From positions 118,482,001 through 118,546,000 of the forward strand of contig NC_088793.1 of assembly GCF_011386835.1 (NCBI RefSeq): a DNA stretch of 64,000 nucleotides. The letters run 5' to 3'. The stretch's first letter is position 1, and every line of letters starts with the position of its first letter. The notes under the pieces were generated by a model. The model was not told where the DNA came from. It searched no databases and was given only the letters and a program-made list of their open reading frames with translations. A program made the position numbers and the translations under genes. This document shows, piece by piece, positions 25,831 to 38,600 of this stretch. The DNA is from Chrysemys picta bellii (Eukaryota).

Positions 25831-27065
25831 CAAAGATCAAAGAACCAATGCGCTTTTTCTGGCTTAAGGTATTATTTATACAGTGTATTAAAAATGCTTC
25901 TGCAGCTGGATAATTTTTTTTTCTTTAAGTTAATTGCTCTCTATTTCACTGTCCTGAACGAAAACATCTCCTAGCTTGGTTGATGGCTGGATTAAAGTAT
26001 TCGTATGCAGCAGTAACTGTGTGACTTCATTGGTTGTACCGTAAGAGATGATAATGGTAATGCACCTTCTTCTTCAGTGGCCCCAAAACTGAGATACCAG
26101 ACCCCTCCCAACCCCCCAATTAAATTACATCAAATAGCATTGAGCAGTAAACAGCCTTCTTGACCAGAGCTAATATATATTCACAGACTTGTATGAATCC
26201 TGCAGAAAACCTCACTGCCTTATTCAGTGATTATCTTGGCACGGTGTAGCGGATATACCATATTCCACTTCCTTAGAAGATGTGTTGTGGAGTAATAAAG
26301 AATGGAATTGGGGAGCTTTCCTCTCTGCTATTTCTTGAATGTTGTCTGTACCATTCTGTTTTGTGTGTGTAAAGAAACAAAAATCCTCACAATTACCTTA
26401 TTCTCAGTGACTTTGTTTTGGGGGGAGGGTCCCCTCCCAAAATACAACTGCAGCTTTTTGTGAGCCTTTATGAAGTCCTTTAGACACCAGTGTGGCTTTA
26501 GACAACAGTGAGGCTTCCCTCTCCTATATAGTTCACTAAGGAAGGTGCCACTGAGAAAATGCAGACAAAGTATTTCCCAGTCTCAAGTGAGGAAGTACCA
26601 TCCTTTGGTACCTAGTTTGATTAGCCTAGAGGAAGCAGCTGCTCTTGGTGCAGTTTTTTCTTTATTCAGTAAGCTATCTTCAGGGTTTCAGCTTGACTGT
26701 AAGCTTGGGGCACTGCTATGACCTCATTTACGTGAGTAAGCCCCATGCTTCAGAGATACTCTTCTGCTGGTGGCTGGCAGACTGACAGAGGATTCTGCCG
26801 TCTGGAGCACTGAGATGCACAAACTCACTGCTCATGCAGCAAGAAATCTTAAAGAAGCAGCAGGTTTTTAATCCTGCCACATTCAGATATTTTGATTTTT
26901 TTTGTTTGAGCTGGAACTGTTGAAAATAGTGCAGCCTAGCTTTTAGTCTCAGATGTGTCAGAGAAGGAAAGGTTTCCTCCAAAATTTTTCTGAAGGGTGG
27001 AGTTGGGAGAGGATGCGAAGGGAGTAATTTAATATTACGATTTGTTACAAACAAATTTGTTATTA

Positions 27066-27256
27066 GGGGGAGGGATAGCTCAGGGGTTTGCGCATTGGCC
27101 TGCCAAACCAAGGGTTGTGAGTTCAGCCCTCAAGGGGGCCATTTAGGGAACTGGGCTAAATATCTGTCTGAGGATTTGTCCTGCTTTGACCAGGAGGTTG
27201 GACTAGATGACCTCCTGAGGTTCCTTCCAATCCTGATATTCTATGATTCTATGATT
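27066..27256 (+). mobile_element. Tortoise Pol III SINE (tRNA-derived head, CR1-derived 3' end)
   Basis: Head ggggagggatagctcag...gtgagttcagccc with A/B-box-like motifs; ggactagatgacctcctgaggttccttcc; (ATTCTATG)2 tail. Confidence 0.9.
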
Positions 27257-27912
27257 AGATGTGTAAAAACGGCAGGTTATAATTTGTATTGGTATGGTAC
27301 TTGTCTGTGTTAAAGAACGGTCAGGAAATGGAAATAGAGGGTGGAGAAACTGAAAGTGTGGTCAGGCTGCCAACCTTGTAGGGCTTTGGGGAAAGCCTGG
27401 GAAGCCTTTAAAAAATGCAGGATGGTCCACCTGGAATGAGATGTGCATTATGACAGTTTCCTCCCCCCCCCAAATTATGCTTGTGCTTCCAGGCTCTCCC
27501 CTTGAAGTTCTTTGTCACCTCTTCATTCAGACTCCAAATCCTTATCTGTGGATTTAGCCAAGAGACCACTCTCCTTTGAGAAATCCTTCTTTTGTCTATA
27601 AATTAGGTTTTGGCTGGTGTGTATTCAGCCTGTGTAATGAGGCCCTGTCCATTCCTAATATGTTTTGATGTGAGTACTAAACTTGCACACTTCTTCTCTC
27701 TACTTTTATCACACATTAGAAAGGTGTGACAGAAAAAAGACCAAGAGAAAATGCCTTGTTTCTGATCAGATTAGTTATTGCTGCCCTTTTTGATCCATGG
27801 AATAAAAAAAAATAGAGCAACAAAATAAGAATTTAAGAGAGCAAATTTTATCTTTAAACTGCTTCTGCAGTGCTAGCTTAGAACTGATCCTGGAGGCCGT
27901 ATCTGTGTGGAA

Positions 27913-28693
27913 CAGAGGTGGGCAAACTACGGCCCGCGGGACCCTCCTGCCCGGCCCCTGAGCTGTTCTCCCTCCCCTGAAGCCTCAGCTTGCCGCTCCA
28001 CCGGCGCAATGCCCTGGGCAGCAGGCTGCGAGCTCTTGCCAGGCAGCACAGCTGCAGAGCCTGGTGCTCTGTGCTGCTTGGTGGCGTGGCTGGTTCTAGT
28101 CGGGCGGTGCGGCTGTAGCGCTGCCAACTACCGGTGCTCCAGGCAGTGTGGTAAGGGGGCAGGAAGTAGGTGGGGTTGGATAGAGGGCAGGGGAGTTCGG
28201 GCTGGTGGTCAGGGGTCGGTCAGAGGGCGGGGAACGGGGGGGGGGGTTGGATGGGTGCAAGGGTTCCAGGGGGCAGTCAGGAAGGGGAGGGGGGGTTGGA
28301 TGGGGTGGAGGGGGGCAGGCAGGGGTTCCGGGGGCGGTCAGCGAGAAGGGGTGGGTGGATGGGGCAGTGGTCCCGGAGGGAGGGGGGAGCAGTCAGGAAT
28401 GAGAGGAGGGGTTGGATGGAGCAGTGGGGGACAGTCAGGGATGGTCAAGGGACAGGGAGTGAGGCAGTGGATGGAGCAGGGGTTCTGGGGGGGGCTATCA
28501 GGGAATAGGGGGGGTTGGATGGGGCAGGAGTCCCGGGAAGGGGTTTTGTCGGGGGTGAGAAGCGGGTGGAGGATGGGGGCAGGGGCTGGGCCATGCCTGC
28601 CTCTTTGGGGAGGCACAGCCTCCCCTAACCAGCCCTCCATACAATTTCTGAAACCCGATGCGGCCCTCAGGCCAAAAAGTTTTCCCTCCCCTG
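27913..28693. mobile_element. GC-rich hAT MITE, 781 bp, with G-run-rich core
   Basis: TIRs cagaggtgggcaaact / agtttccctcccctg; 8-bp TSD gtgtggaa / gtgtagaa. Confidence 0.85.
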
Positions 28694-29309
28694 GTGTAGA
28701 ACAAATGGACTAGAATTTTCTGTGAAAAATGGCCATGTCCTGGAAAAATATCTAGCTGATTAAAATCACCTGCTATTTGGCTCAACAAACAAATAGAGCT
28801 AGGAGATGAGAGGATTTTAGTGCCCCACCCTTTGTATAAAACTGCTACTACAGAGGCATTTTCCAATGAAGTAGGATTGGCTGACTCTTCTAGTAAGTCC
28901 TGAATGCCTTAAGGGGGTTTCATGGTACAGGGTTTGAGCATGTTAATATGTAAACGTTAAAGAATTTCTGGTAGCATTCAGTCATCAGAATATTGAGGAG
29001 CAGCTGAAGCAGGAAATTCAGTGCTGACCATCACAGTAGCTGCTGCCCTTGTCTCCATTTTTTTTTTTTTTTTTGCTATAAAGAGGTTCACTCACTTTAA
29101 CCAGCAGAAGGGTCCACCCAATTCTTTAGGTGCACACATGTTTGAGGGGTGAAGTGGAGTTACTGCTTTAGTAGCCAACACATAGTACATTGCAGACTAT
29201 AGCTTTTATTTACACTCTAGACGATGGATAGATACTGGGCCAATCTACCCAAACTCAACCAGGCATTTTCCTCTATGATGAAAGCCCACCTGCTTACAAT
29301 CCTCTCTTC

Positions 29310-29790
29310 TCTGTGACCCATAAGTAGGCAGCTTATTGGTCTGTGCACCAAAGAACATAGGATTCTCAAGACATAGGATTCCAGTCCCTTTTTCTTGAGG
29401 TCTTCAGTTTATTGCTTCAAATTAACACTAGTTCAATATATCAATCTTGTCCTTTTCCCCTTGACCTAGGGTCTTCTGCAGTATCCTATCCACACGATCC
29501 ACAGGCCATCTGCTTAGTATTCTAGGCAAGCATCTCTGCCCTTTTCTAGCTTGCTCCTTGCAGGATTAGACTCTACAAGCCATTCACCTGAGGCATATAT
29601 GATCCGGGTTCTTTCCCCTGACCCAGGGACTCCTGTAGGAGCCTACCTAGTCCGTGCAGCGCAAGTGGGCTACTGGTTGGATTTTATGAAGACCAGGAGT
29701 GATCTTCAGGCTATGACCTGAACCCTGGCCTCACAGCATCAACTTGGGTGGGGCTGAGCCCTTAAAGGACCAGTGACTGGGTTCTTGTGT
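29310..29790 (-). mobile_element. Possible degraded solo LTR
   Basis: Minus strand has gtcactggtcctttaagggctcagcccc (similar to the start of the 24919 LTR), a TATA-like motif and AATAAA; boundaries and TSD not established. Confidence 0.3.
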
Positions 29791-31248
29791 GAGAATTTTG
29801 GAAGGCTTCAGTTTGGTAATTTTGGCACTCTCTCAAGCACTTTAGATGGAATACCTCTGCTTCTGAGGTTATAGCATTTGGTCATACTGTAATAAATGAC
29901 TTTAAACCATTTCTGTTCTCTGAGTGCTTTTAGAGATTGCTCCAGATTGGTGGATGCCAGATTATGGAAAGTAATTTAAAGTTAGTTTTGCCTCTGATAC
30001 ACCAATTTGGAAAATCCACTTTGCCCTGTTTTGAAATGCATTCTTGCAGTAGCAGCATAGTTTTCTGCCTTTCTCTTTCTCTTCCCATTCCCCACCCTTG
30101 CTTGGTGGTCTGGCTTGGTGCATGAGATTCAGAAACTGTTTGTAAGAGTAAAATACTATCAGTGTGGTATAATGGAAAGATAAACTACATTTGGGATTTA
30201 GTTTGTCTTCCATATTCTCACGTGGTATATTACTTTTAACTCCCTTTTGCTGGGACTATAAAGGTGTTAGCATTGCATTTTTCTTTGAGTGTTGCCTTGC
30301 CCACTCTACTACTCTGATGGTGTTGTGGTAACATGTTGGCAGTCCTCTGGTGAAAGCTGGGTCTGACAGGTGAATCTGTCATTCTTGAGTTAGAAAATGG
30401 AGAGATGGGATCTGTTTGCATATGTGTACTAGTAACATTGCATGCTTTGTTGTACAAAATTTTATGAATTAATATCTAAAGCAGTGATCACAATGAGCTG
30501 CTAACATATCACCTGCTCTGATTCTGTTGCATGGAGTCCCTTCAGAGCTGAGTGAAATAATTCTGAATAGTAGAGCTGTATACTCCTCCTCTGACTGTTA
30601 CGCTGGGTCCTGACCTCCATTCTGGAGGTCATCGGGGAACAGATTTATACCCTTGCTTTCATTTTATTGTTGGCACATCACTGTTGAATTGAGACTTTAA
30701 GATGCATTTGAAATCTTTTAAGGATCAGCCAACTGAATCCAGGACATAAACTGAAATTGTTCGTAATGAGGTTATAAAATGGAAGCTTTCTATAATATTT
30801 CTTTTAAGTGGCCACTTCTGTGGTCTCTTATTCAGCCACTGTCCTGCTTATCTTCACAGGAATCAGTGTGGCTTTAAGTTATCCCTCTACAATTTACTGC
30901 AATAGAAAGGAAAGGAAATCTAGGTGATGTTTCTTTTTCTTTCTGACCCACCTTTTCTTTTAATAAGGTTTTCCCTCAGATTAATGACTCCACCATACTT
31001 TCATTATTTTAAAATAAAAATAATTTAAGCTGTTTAATAATTAACCTCTCTCTCCTTCTACAGAACTATGTAGGGAGGAGTGAATTACAACTAAAAGTTT
31101 CGAGCAAACCAGTACTGCATTAATTCAGATATAGAAAACAAGAAAAGTGTCCCATGTAGGTGTGAACAGATCTCTTTTTGAGCGAGGTCCAGTTACACAA
31201 TGTCATGTTTTCATTTTTTTTAAATCCATTTACTCCACTGACTACACA

Positions 31249-31488
31249 GTATGCCTACACTGCAAAAGCTGTGCATGGGCTAGCCTACCTAATCTAGTTT
31301 AAATTCAGCTAGTGTGGATAACCGTAGCAGTGAAGACAGTGCAGTGAAGACCTCAGCGCAGATTTCCTGGGTACAGCATACTAATCTGCTCTGAAGCCTG
31401 CGCTGTATTGTCTTCACTGCTCTTTGATATCTCTGCTATCTCAGGTAGGCTAGCCCCGTACACAACATTTGCTCTACAGATATACGCT
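31249..31488. mobile_element. Degenerate Harbinger-type MITE
   Basis: tatgcctacactgc terminus; internal inverted motifs gctagcctacct/aggtaggctagc and gcagtgaagac/gtcttcactgc. Confidence 0.5.
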
Positions 31489-32754
31489 AAGAGAGAGCTC
31501 ATGCTGTATTGTTGTGGAACAAAGGTCTTTCAGACAAGTAATGACAACATGAATAATCTATATGATCTATCTTACTAAATGGTATAAATTTACAGAAAAC
31601 CGAGAGAGAGAGAATCTATCACATGCACATGCATCCCTGAGAGTATTGTTTTTTTTGCCATATAAATTAATTAACTTTTACTGGGCGGGGTAAACAATTT
31701 CTTTGAATGAGATTTTAATTAGTGTACTGCGATATGTTGAGGGAGATGGCTTCCTAGGTACACAACCGTACCTGATTGTGTTAGTGAAGTGTATTTTGGT
31801 ACCATTGCTATCTAAATGTAATAGTTGTATGTATTAACTGCTTTCTGAGCTACATCCCCAGATGTGTGATTTTTCACATATATGTATAGGCTCACTCTGT
31901 TATCTGTCATCTTCAACATTTATCTACCTTTTACTGAATAAATGCTCTTTTGATGTGACTTGTATAATGTGCATTTCACTAATAAAAAAAAATAGTTCCA
32001 ACACAAACAAACTAAGCTATATATTTTTAGAAAAATCAAAATCTCATCCACTTTTGGTGCATACACCTGACAATTTGATGGCTTGGCCTGGTGCCTTTCC
32101 CAAAGTCTTATGGAGAAGCTCAACTTTCAGAGTTACTTTAGGATTTTGCTGACAGTTCCTGCTGTAGCAGCCACTGGATTTCTTCCAGAATTAGAAAGGT
32201 TTGAGTGAATGGAAACTTTTAGCCTGCTATTTTAAAGTAAGCCCTTCTCTCTGTAGCACGCACACATGCTACACCATTATATTTTGCTGTGATTAATAAA
32301 AACCCTAAGCTTTGTTTAGAAAGCTGAAGTTGTTAGTGGCTACAATTGTGTGAGTGAAAAGATGGAAAAAATTATCAGGAATCTTAAAGATTCCTCACTC
32401 TCAGAACTGAAAATGAAAACTACAATTCCATATGCATCTGTAGTGACATGACGCACTATCCTATTTGAATATACCTTTCCTTATCATGTCTTTATCTGCA
32501 GAAACCTAGTGGAATTGTTGTGTGTTCTGTGCATTAAAATATTTTGCTCTAAGAGGGAAAAGTGATCTCAGCCCTCCTGTTCAGGGAAAGAATGATATTG
32601 AGCTCTTTCCTTTGTTTATAAAGCCAACACCTTGGTAAATTTGTGTATTAAATTATTTCTCCGGGTTTCCACTGTCATAACTTTAAAACAAATACTTTTT
32701 AAAAAAAGTAAAGAGACCACTTTGTCTGAAATTCATAGAAAGCTGATAATAACA

Positions 32755-32945
32755 TAAAGAGACAAGGTGGATGAGGTAATACCTTTTCTTGGATGAGCTT
32801 ACACGGAGCTGCTCTTCAAAGAGCTCTGTGTAAATTTGAAAGTTTGTCTCTCAACCAATAGAAAGTAAAAACCAGTAAAAGATATTACCTCACCCACCTT
32901 GTCTCTCTGATATCCTGGGACCAACATGGCTACAACAACACTGCA
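32755..32945. mobile_element. Penelope-like palindromic (tail-to-tail) relic
   Basis: agagacaaggtggatgaggtaata ... tattacctcacccaccttgtctct inverted arms, then gggaccaacatggctacaacaacactgca. Confidence 0.55.
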
Positions 32946-34983
32946 AACAATAATAGTCTTTCACCTCTAGGTCGCTGCTTCCCAAATTGCCAGTGACAAA
33001 AGACGTTTCTGTGTAATGACTGTACATGAAATGAATAGGTGGTCTCAGTCCTGTTCAGAATGCACAGGTGTCCACATCTTAATTGGCACGTTTGTCTACA
33101 GTATCCACTTCTGTGTCTTACCTGCTGGTCTTTCCTCCTACCCTTAGTCTCTCCAAGATCAGAATGGAAGAGCACTGGTGGGCCATTATAGGGAAGCTTG
33201 CTCTCCTGCTGCCTGTTAAAATAATCTGTGGCTAAATAGTGCATTTAAGACTACAGGGCTGTCAGTTCAGTCTGGAAAGACAGCCCATGGACAGTCTCCA
33301 AATGAATAACCAAGAACTGATTCAATTTGTCCTTCTGTGCTTCTCATGAAAACACACGTTGCCTCCCCCCAGGAAATTTTAGTAGGAAATGAGTTTTTAA
33401 ATAAGACCCAGCAAACATGTGGGCACAGCCATTCTTGGTATTTCATAAGGGGTTAATAACTCTTATTTGATTTTTCAAACCATAAAACATCTTTCATTTC
33501 CCAGGAAAATTGTCCTAATGCAGCAGTGTCGGTTTGGAATGAAGAATAACTTTATTTCTGAGATGATGTTTGCTAAATTGAATATCCCATTTATCTTCCT
33601 CAGTGATTTTTTTTTTTAAAGTGGTTCTTGTTTGTTGGCTGTAAAGGGAGAATGAAAAGGAAATAGAATGCTGAATGCACAGTTCAAATCCACTGTTGCT
33701 ACTGTTTTCTAAACCGGGTTTATTACGGACGCCTGTGCAGCGACCACAAATAGTGTGTGACTGTGTGTGTGCTTAAACAAAAAGGAAAGCAGAGGTTTGC
33801 TCATTTGTTTGCCTATTGTGAAGCTGTCCTGCACCTTTATGCTCCTTTGTAACAGGGTGAAGGCTGCTGAATGGAGGACTTGTGCCATTTGTTGATTTTA
33901 AACCTCGCTGTTAATCCACAGGAACCTGCTGGTCTACACAGCAGGAGAGCTGTGTGACAAGTGGAAATCTGGGAGGGGAAAAAGCAGGAGGGGGTGTGTG
34001 TCACAGTAGATAATAATGATTCAGCCATCAGCCTTTGTCACCCGTAAACCTAATTGTTACCCTCTGCTGGTAACCAGATTGAAGTGCTAGCCTTTTAAGT
34101 GTTCCTTGATTTTACTTGAAACATGCTTATGATGGATAGACCAGTTTATTGTTGGTTTACGTACTACTGTCAGTTTTGTTAGCTTTTGTTTTTAAACCTT
34201 GTTAAATTTTCTCTTGATCTTATTTCTTCTTCATTAACATTTTTGCAGTACAGCTCAAAATGACAGAGATGGCTGGGTGAAAACAGTATGGTTGTTCACA
34301 TATTTCCCTTTGTCAGACTTTCATTAGAGCAGGGGCAGAAAACTACTGCTCTGCAAACTAATTTTTGTGGTGTCACTCTATTGTCAATAACTGCTGTTGG
34401 ACTAGGGAATCTTAGCTATAGGAATAGTCCTTTATAAGTAGCAGCAGTGTAATTTTTTAGAGTATGGGTGGGGGTGGGGTGGAGAGAATCTTGAGATACA
34501 CTTTCAAGCCAAAAAATGTAGCCTTTTAAAATAATTGTTCTTTTAGGTATTTATCAAAATTGTAAGATAGGGAAACAAAAACAACTTAAGCCAGCAATCT
34601 GTTGTACAAATTGGGGAGAAATAAAAAAACTGAAGATGAAATGAAACAAAACAGAAAAACCTTTAAGGTGTGATACTTTTTTCCTGCACAATCAGAAACT
34701 GGTTCTTCAACTTTTCCTGCCAGTTATACATGCTAAAATAAGCATTTCACATTCTGTCCTCCTCCTTGACTTTATGTGTAGAAGTTGGTAACCTAAAGTA
34801 TAGTGACTAAGATTATCTCTGCAACTTGGGAAGTATTTTTTCTACGTGGTGTAAGTGATCTTATGCCATTATGTAACACTGCTTAGGCTTGTGCGCTGGC
34901 CATAGGAAGGCCTCTTGACTTTCACGTAAGTTGCTGATATAGACATAGATGTACCTTTGATCAACTCTAGTTCTTTTCTGGAA

Positions 34984-34984
34984 A

Positions 34985-35058
<74 letters not shown>
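34984..35058. repeat. Compound (GT)n-(GC)n-(GT)n-(AT)n-(AC)n microsatellite
   Basis: Directly visible alternating purine-pyrimidine tract. Confidence 0.95.
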
Positions 35059-35059
<1 letters not shown>

Positions 35060-35572
35060 ATTTCACACAATTGCAGAGAGGGTTTTATGGGTTGACAGCT
35101 TATGTTTGAAAGCTTTGTCGGGATGGTGGTGGAGTCTGATTACATAGCGTGATTATATAGCATTCTCAGATCCAATATTGTAAGATCTTCCAACTGGTTC
35201 AATATTTCAACAAAAGATTTGCTCTCAATATTTGATCATCTGGAGAATATTTTGGCTTCTTAATCTCTCCAACCTCTCAAAAAAAAGTATTTAATTGGTT
35301 ATTTTAACCTGTACCAGAGGAACACAAATGGACACACAACTCTGTTTAGACTCTGTCATTCTTATTTCTTTATAAAACATTAAAGTCATAATGGCACCCA
35401 ATAGGACCTGATGATTCCACTGAAAAATAAGGTTTGTCTAATACAAATTTTTGATTAAAAAAAAACAGATCAGAAGTCAACTGTTATCTCTTCACCTTTC
35501 CTTCACATGGGTTTAGCTGGACTGCTGTGGCATATGAATAACCATAGTGTTTTTATAATTTTGTTTTTGCAG

Positions 35573-35683
35573 GACATGTCTCAGGAAGGCTATGGAACCA
35601 GATCCCAACCCCCTATAGCCTCAGGAAAGCCTAACCATGAAGACTTAAACCTAATACAACAAGAAAGACCATCAAGCTTACCA
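35573..35683 (+). CDS. ARID1B: ARID1B next coding exon, 111 nt, phase 0-0 ([37 protein letters not shown])
   Basis: Directly continues the previous exon as in human ARID1B (...[42 protein letters not shown]); acceptor ttttgtttttgcAG, donor CCA|GTAAGA. Confidence 0.96.
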
Positions 35684-38600
35684 GTAAGAAATTAATGTGC
35701 CAGTTGTAGAATAGTAGTACATTATTTTAAAATGAAAAATATTTTATAAAGATCTTACTGTCGCTATGATATGTGGATGAAATTTTGGGATGACAAATAT
35801 ATAACAATTTTAGTACCGCATTTGTTTTAAAAGCACAATGAAAACTGATTACAGTGAATGATCAATATATTATCTAGGGTAATCCCGTATCCCTTAGAGG
35901 AAGTCTTTTAGTCATATAGTTAATTTGGTATTAATTTGTTTAGTGGCCATCACACAGTTTGCCATATTAAATATAGTTTATTCTGTCAATGTAAGATTCA
36001 GATATTGTGTGTGTGTTTGTGTTCATAGCTTGAACTGGTTCAGGACTGAAGCTGATTCACATATTTGTACCCAGATTTGTCTGTGCGTGGAGAGGAAAGA
36101 GTATCGCTCCTTCTTAGCTTTTTTGGTTTTGCAGTCATATACAAGAGAATTATTCAGGGTCTTTTTAACTCCTGACTCCTCCTTTGAGGGTTTTCTCCCC
36201 TGAAATATGTTTTGATTTTATTTCAAAAACCTTGTAGGCATAAGTAAGGAAGCAACACTGCCATGAGTTATTCCCTCCAAACCCCAAACACAGTTCATTA
36301 GTTGTCAGCATAGTATGAGACACTTGCAAAAATACTGGACACATCTTTTCACAAGTTAATTCTGTTTTAGTCTATTGGAACAGTCTAAAGAATTATATTA
36401 ATCAGAATTATAGTAACACTTTATATTGGTCTGGTTATTATCACTTGAGTTTTTGTGCTAGATGATCATGTTAAATTAACCTTGCCTAGTTGTATTAGCT
36501 TTATGCATAATTGAAAAAAACAAACTAACACCGATAAATTGATACACTTAGCAGAGACATCAGGACTATCTGCATACGGAGGTCTTCAGTGTCCTGATAA
36601 ATGCCAGCTGTAAGATGCAAAATATGTTTTGGCTGTGTTCCCATTTACCTCCGGTTGTTTTATAAGAAGTAAATCAGCTTCATGTGCCCACACAAACTTA
36701 AACCAGTTTAAATATTTTTCGGTTAGAAGAGGCACATTGGTTAAACCAAGTGATTTGTGGCTGTGAATACGGTTGCATTGAACTGTAGGATATTTCCAAG
36801 AGATCTCCTACAGTTCAGTGGGCGTGTAATCGTTTTAAATTAGTGGAGGGACCCATTCGAAGAGCAGGTAAATTAAGTATGCTTAACTTATCTAGACACT
36901 GAAGTTATATGTGAAAAAACCAAGAACTTACTGCATTTTTCTAATGACATATGATGCTACCATCCATTCCTAAAAGCATAGGAAGAATTTGCAGCCAATC
37001 AATCAAATATTCAGAACTAGAAAATTATCATAAAATTGTTGCATGTTGTGACAACTCCACTTGGTAGGTTGATCAAGCTAAGTCTCTCCCCACCTTGTAG
37101 GTTTTTCTATTGTTCAAATCACCTATCTATCTGTCCTGTCTACAGATGTTTTGAGCCCGTGTTAAAGAAAAGACTATGTAATCAGCATATTTTTAGAGCT
37201 TTTAAAGTTCCATTTTTAAAACATAGGACAGTGACTAGCAGTCTGTATACCATAAATTCCTTCCACCTGGTTTTATACACTTAGATATATGTGTGCTTTG
37301 TAGAGGAGCTATGAAAATTGGTTTAAACAGCGCTGTCCACTTACTTTTGAACTGGTTTTAGTTTCAGCATTTTTCCAGTAAACCGTTTTTGAGACTAACT
37401 CAGAAATGGTTGTTGACAGTCAGTTATACATAGCAAATAGTGTGGACATGAACTGTTTTGGCAACAGTTAAACATATTTAAAAACTTTGATGTGGGCAGG
37501 CCCTTTACCCCTCTCTGTAGTTGATTATGTCTCCCTACCCCACACAGTGTAAGGAGTTACCAACCACATAATGGTCTAATAATTTGGTTACAGTTTTGTT
37601 ACATGCAGGCTCTTTAAAATTTCAGCATCTGTCCTACTTTTATAAGCCCACCCCACCATCACCAAGGTATGAGAAGAGTATTGGATATTATGCGTCACTA
37701 AGTGTTCGGTATATTCAGTAGTTCATTATTATTCTAACTGTGAGTTGATGGTGTTGTAATTGAATCATAAGAGGGGGACTAGCATGGAGTGGAAGATCTT
37801 TTTCTCTTTTCATTCCTTTTAAAAACAAAAGCAACCCTACATATGTACACACATTTTTTCCTATTTTGTGAATGAACCATCCTCCACCTTCTTAATCTCA
37901 GAAAGAAAATCATTCTTGTATTATTAAAAAATACTTGTCCTTCTGAGATTGTGTTGGGATCGAAATGACACTAGGCCATATATTACTTGGAATAGGAAAG
38001 ATCAGTGTCCAAAGGATGCTGGAGTGGTAAATACTGTAACGTGGTTCTTTCTGGGGGTAAGAATTGACTGAACATATTATTCCACCCGCACCAGCTTCCC
38101 CCACCCCTTACTTGAACAGTAAAGTTTTGTATCCAGTTTTTGTCTAGCTACCAAAACCTGTGACCAGCATCTCTGGTGTAATATTCTCCAAATTCCTCTA
38201 GTTTAAAACTGGGTGCTCAGGAGTCATTTTGGGGCCATTAAATATATCTTTGGAGTGCTATTTTTAAAATCTGTTTTGTAATGCTGTTCTTGAGGGTAGT
38301 CAATAAGTTTCCATGGGCTATTTTAGTCTCAAATGATGCCAAGGTTGCTGTGCTTTTAATAATAAAATTTGGTTATGTTTTGGTTCATGATAGTCCTATA
38401 CAGTATACAATTTACCTATTCTAGTTTACGTCTTAAGGGTGTTAGATGACATCATAACTGCTTGCTCTAAGTTACATAGCAAACTTATACACATAGCTAA
38501 AAGAACAAGGAAACCAAATAATAAATGTTGGATGGTTTTCCCTGGCACTGGTAAAAGGCTTCCGCTTTGATGGATTTCAAGAGGAATTAACCACCTTCTG

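Larger units (their letters stand above)
7095..35572 (+). other. ARID1B: ARID1B intron (28,478 nt, GT-AG)
   Basis: Bounded by the two coding exons, frames compatible; no other ARID1B-like peptide seen between them. Confidence 0.9.

Noticed and set aside
27066-27140. tRNA-like sequence
   Set aside because: Head of the tortoise SINE followed by a CR1-type tail, not a tRNA gene
27907-28866. 268-aa Gly-rich ORF and antisense Pro-rich ORFs
   Set aside because: Lie entirely within a TIR/TSD-bounded hAT MITE; composition artefact
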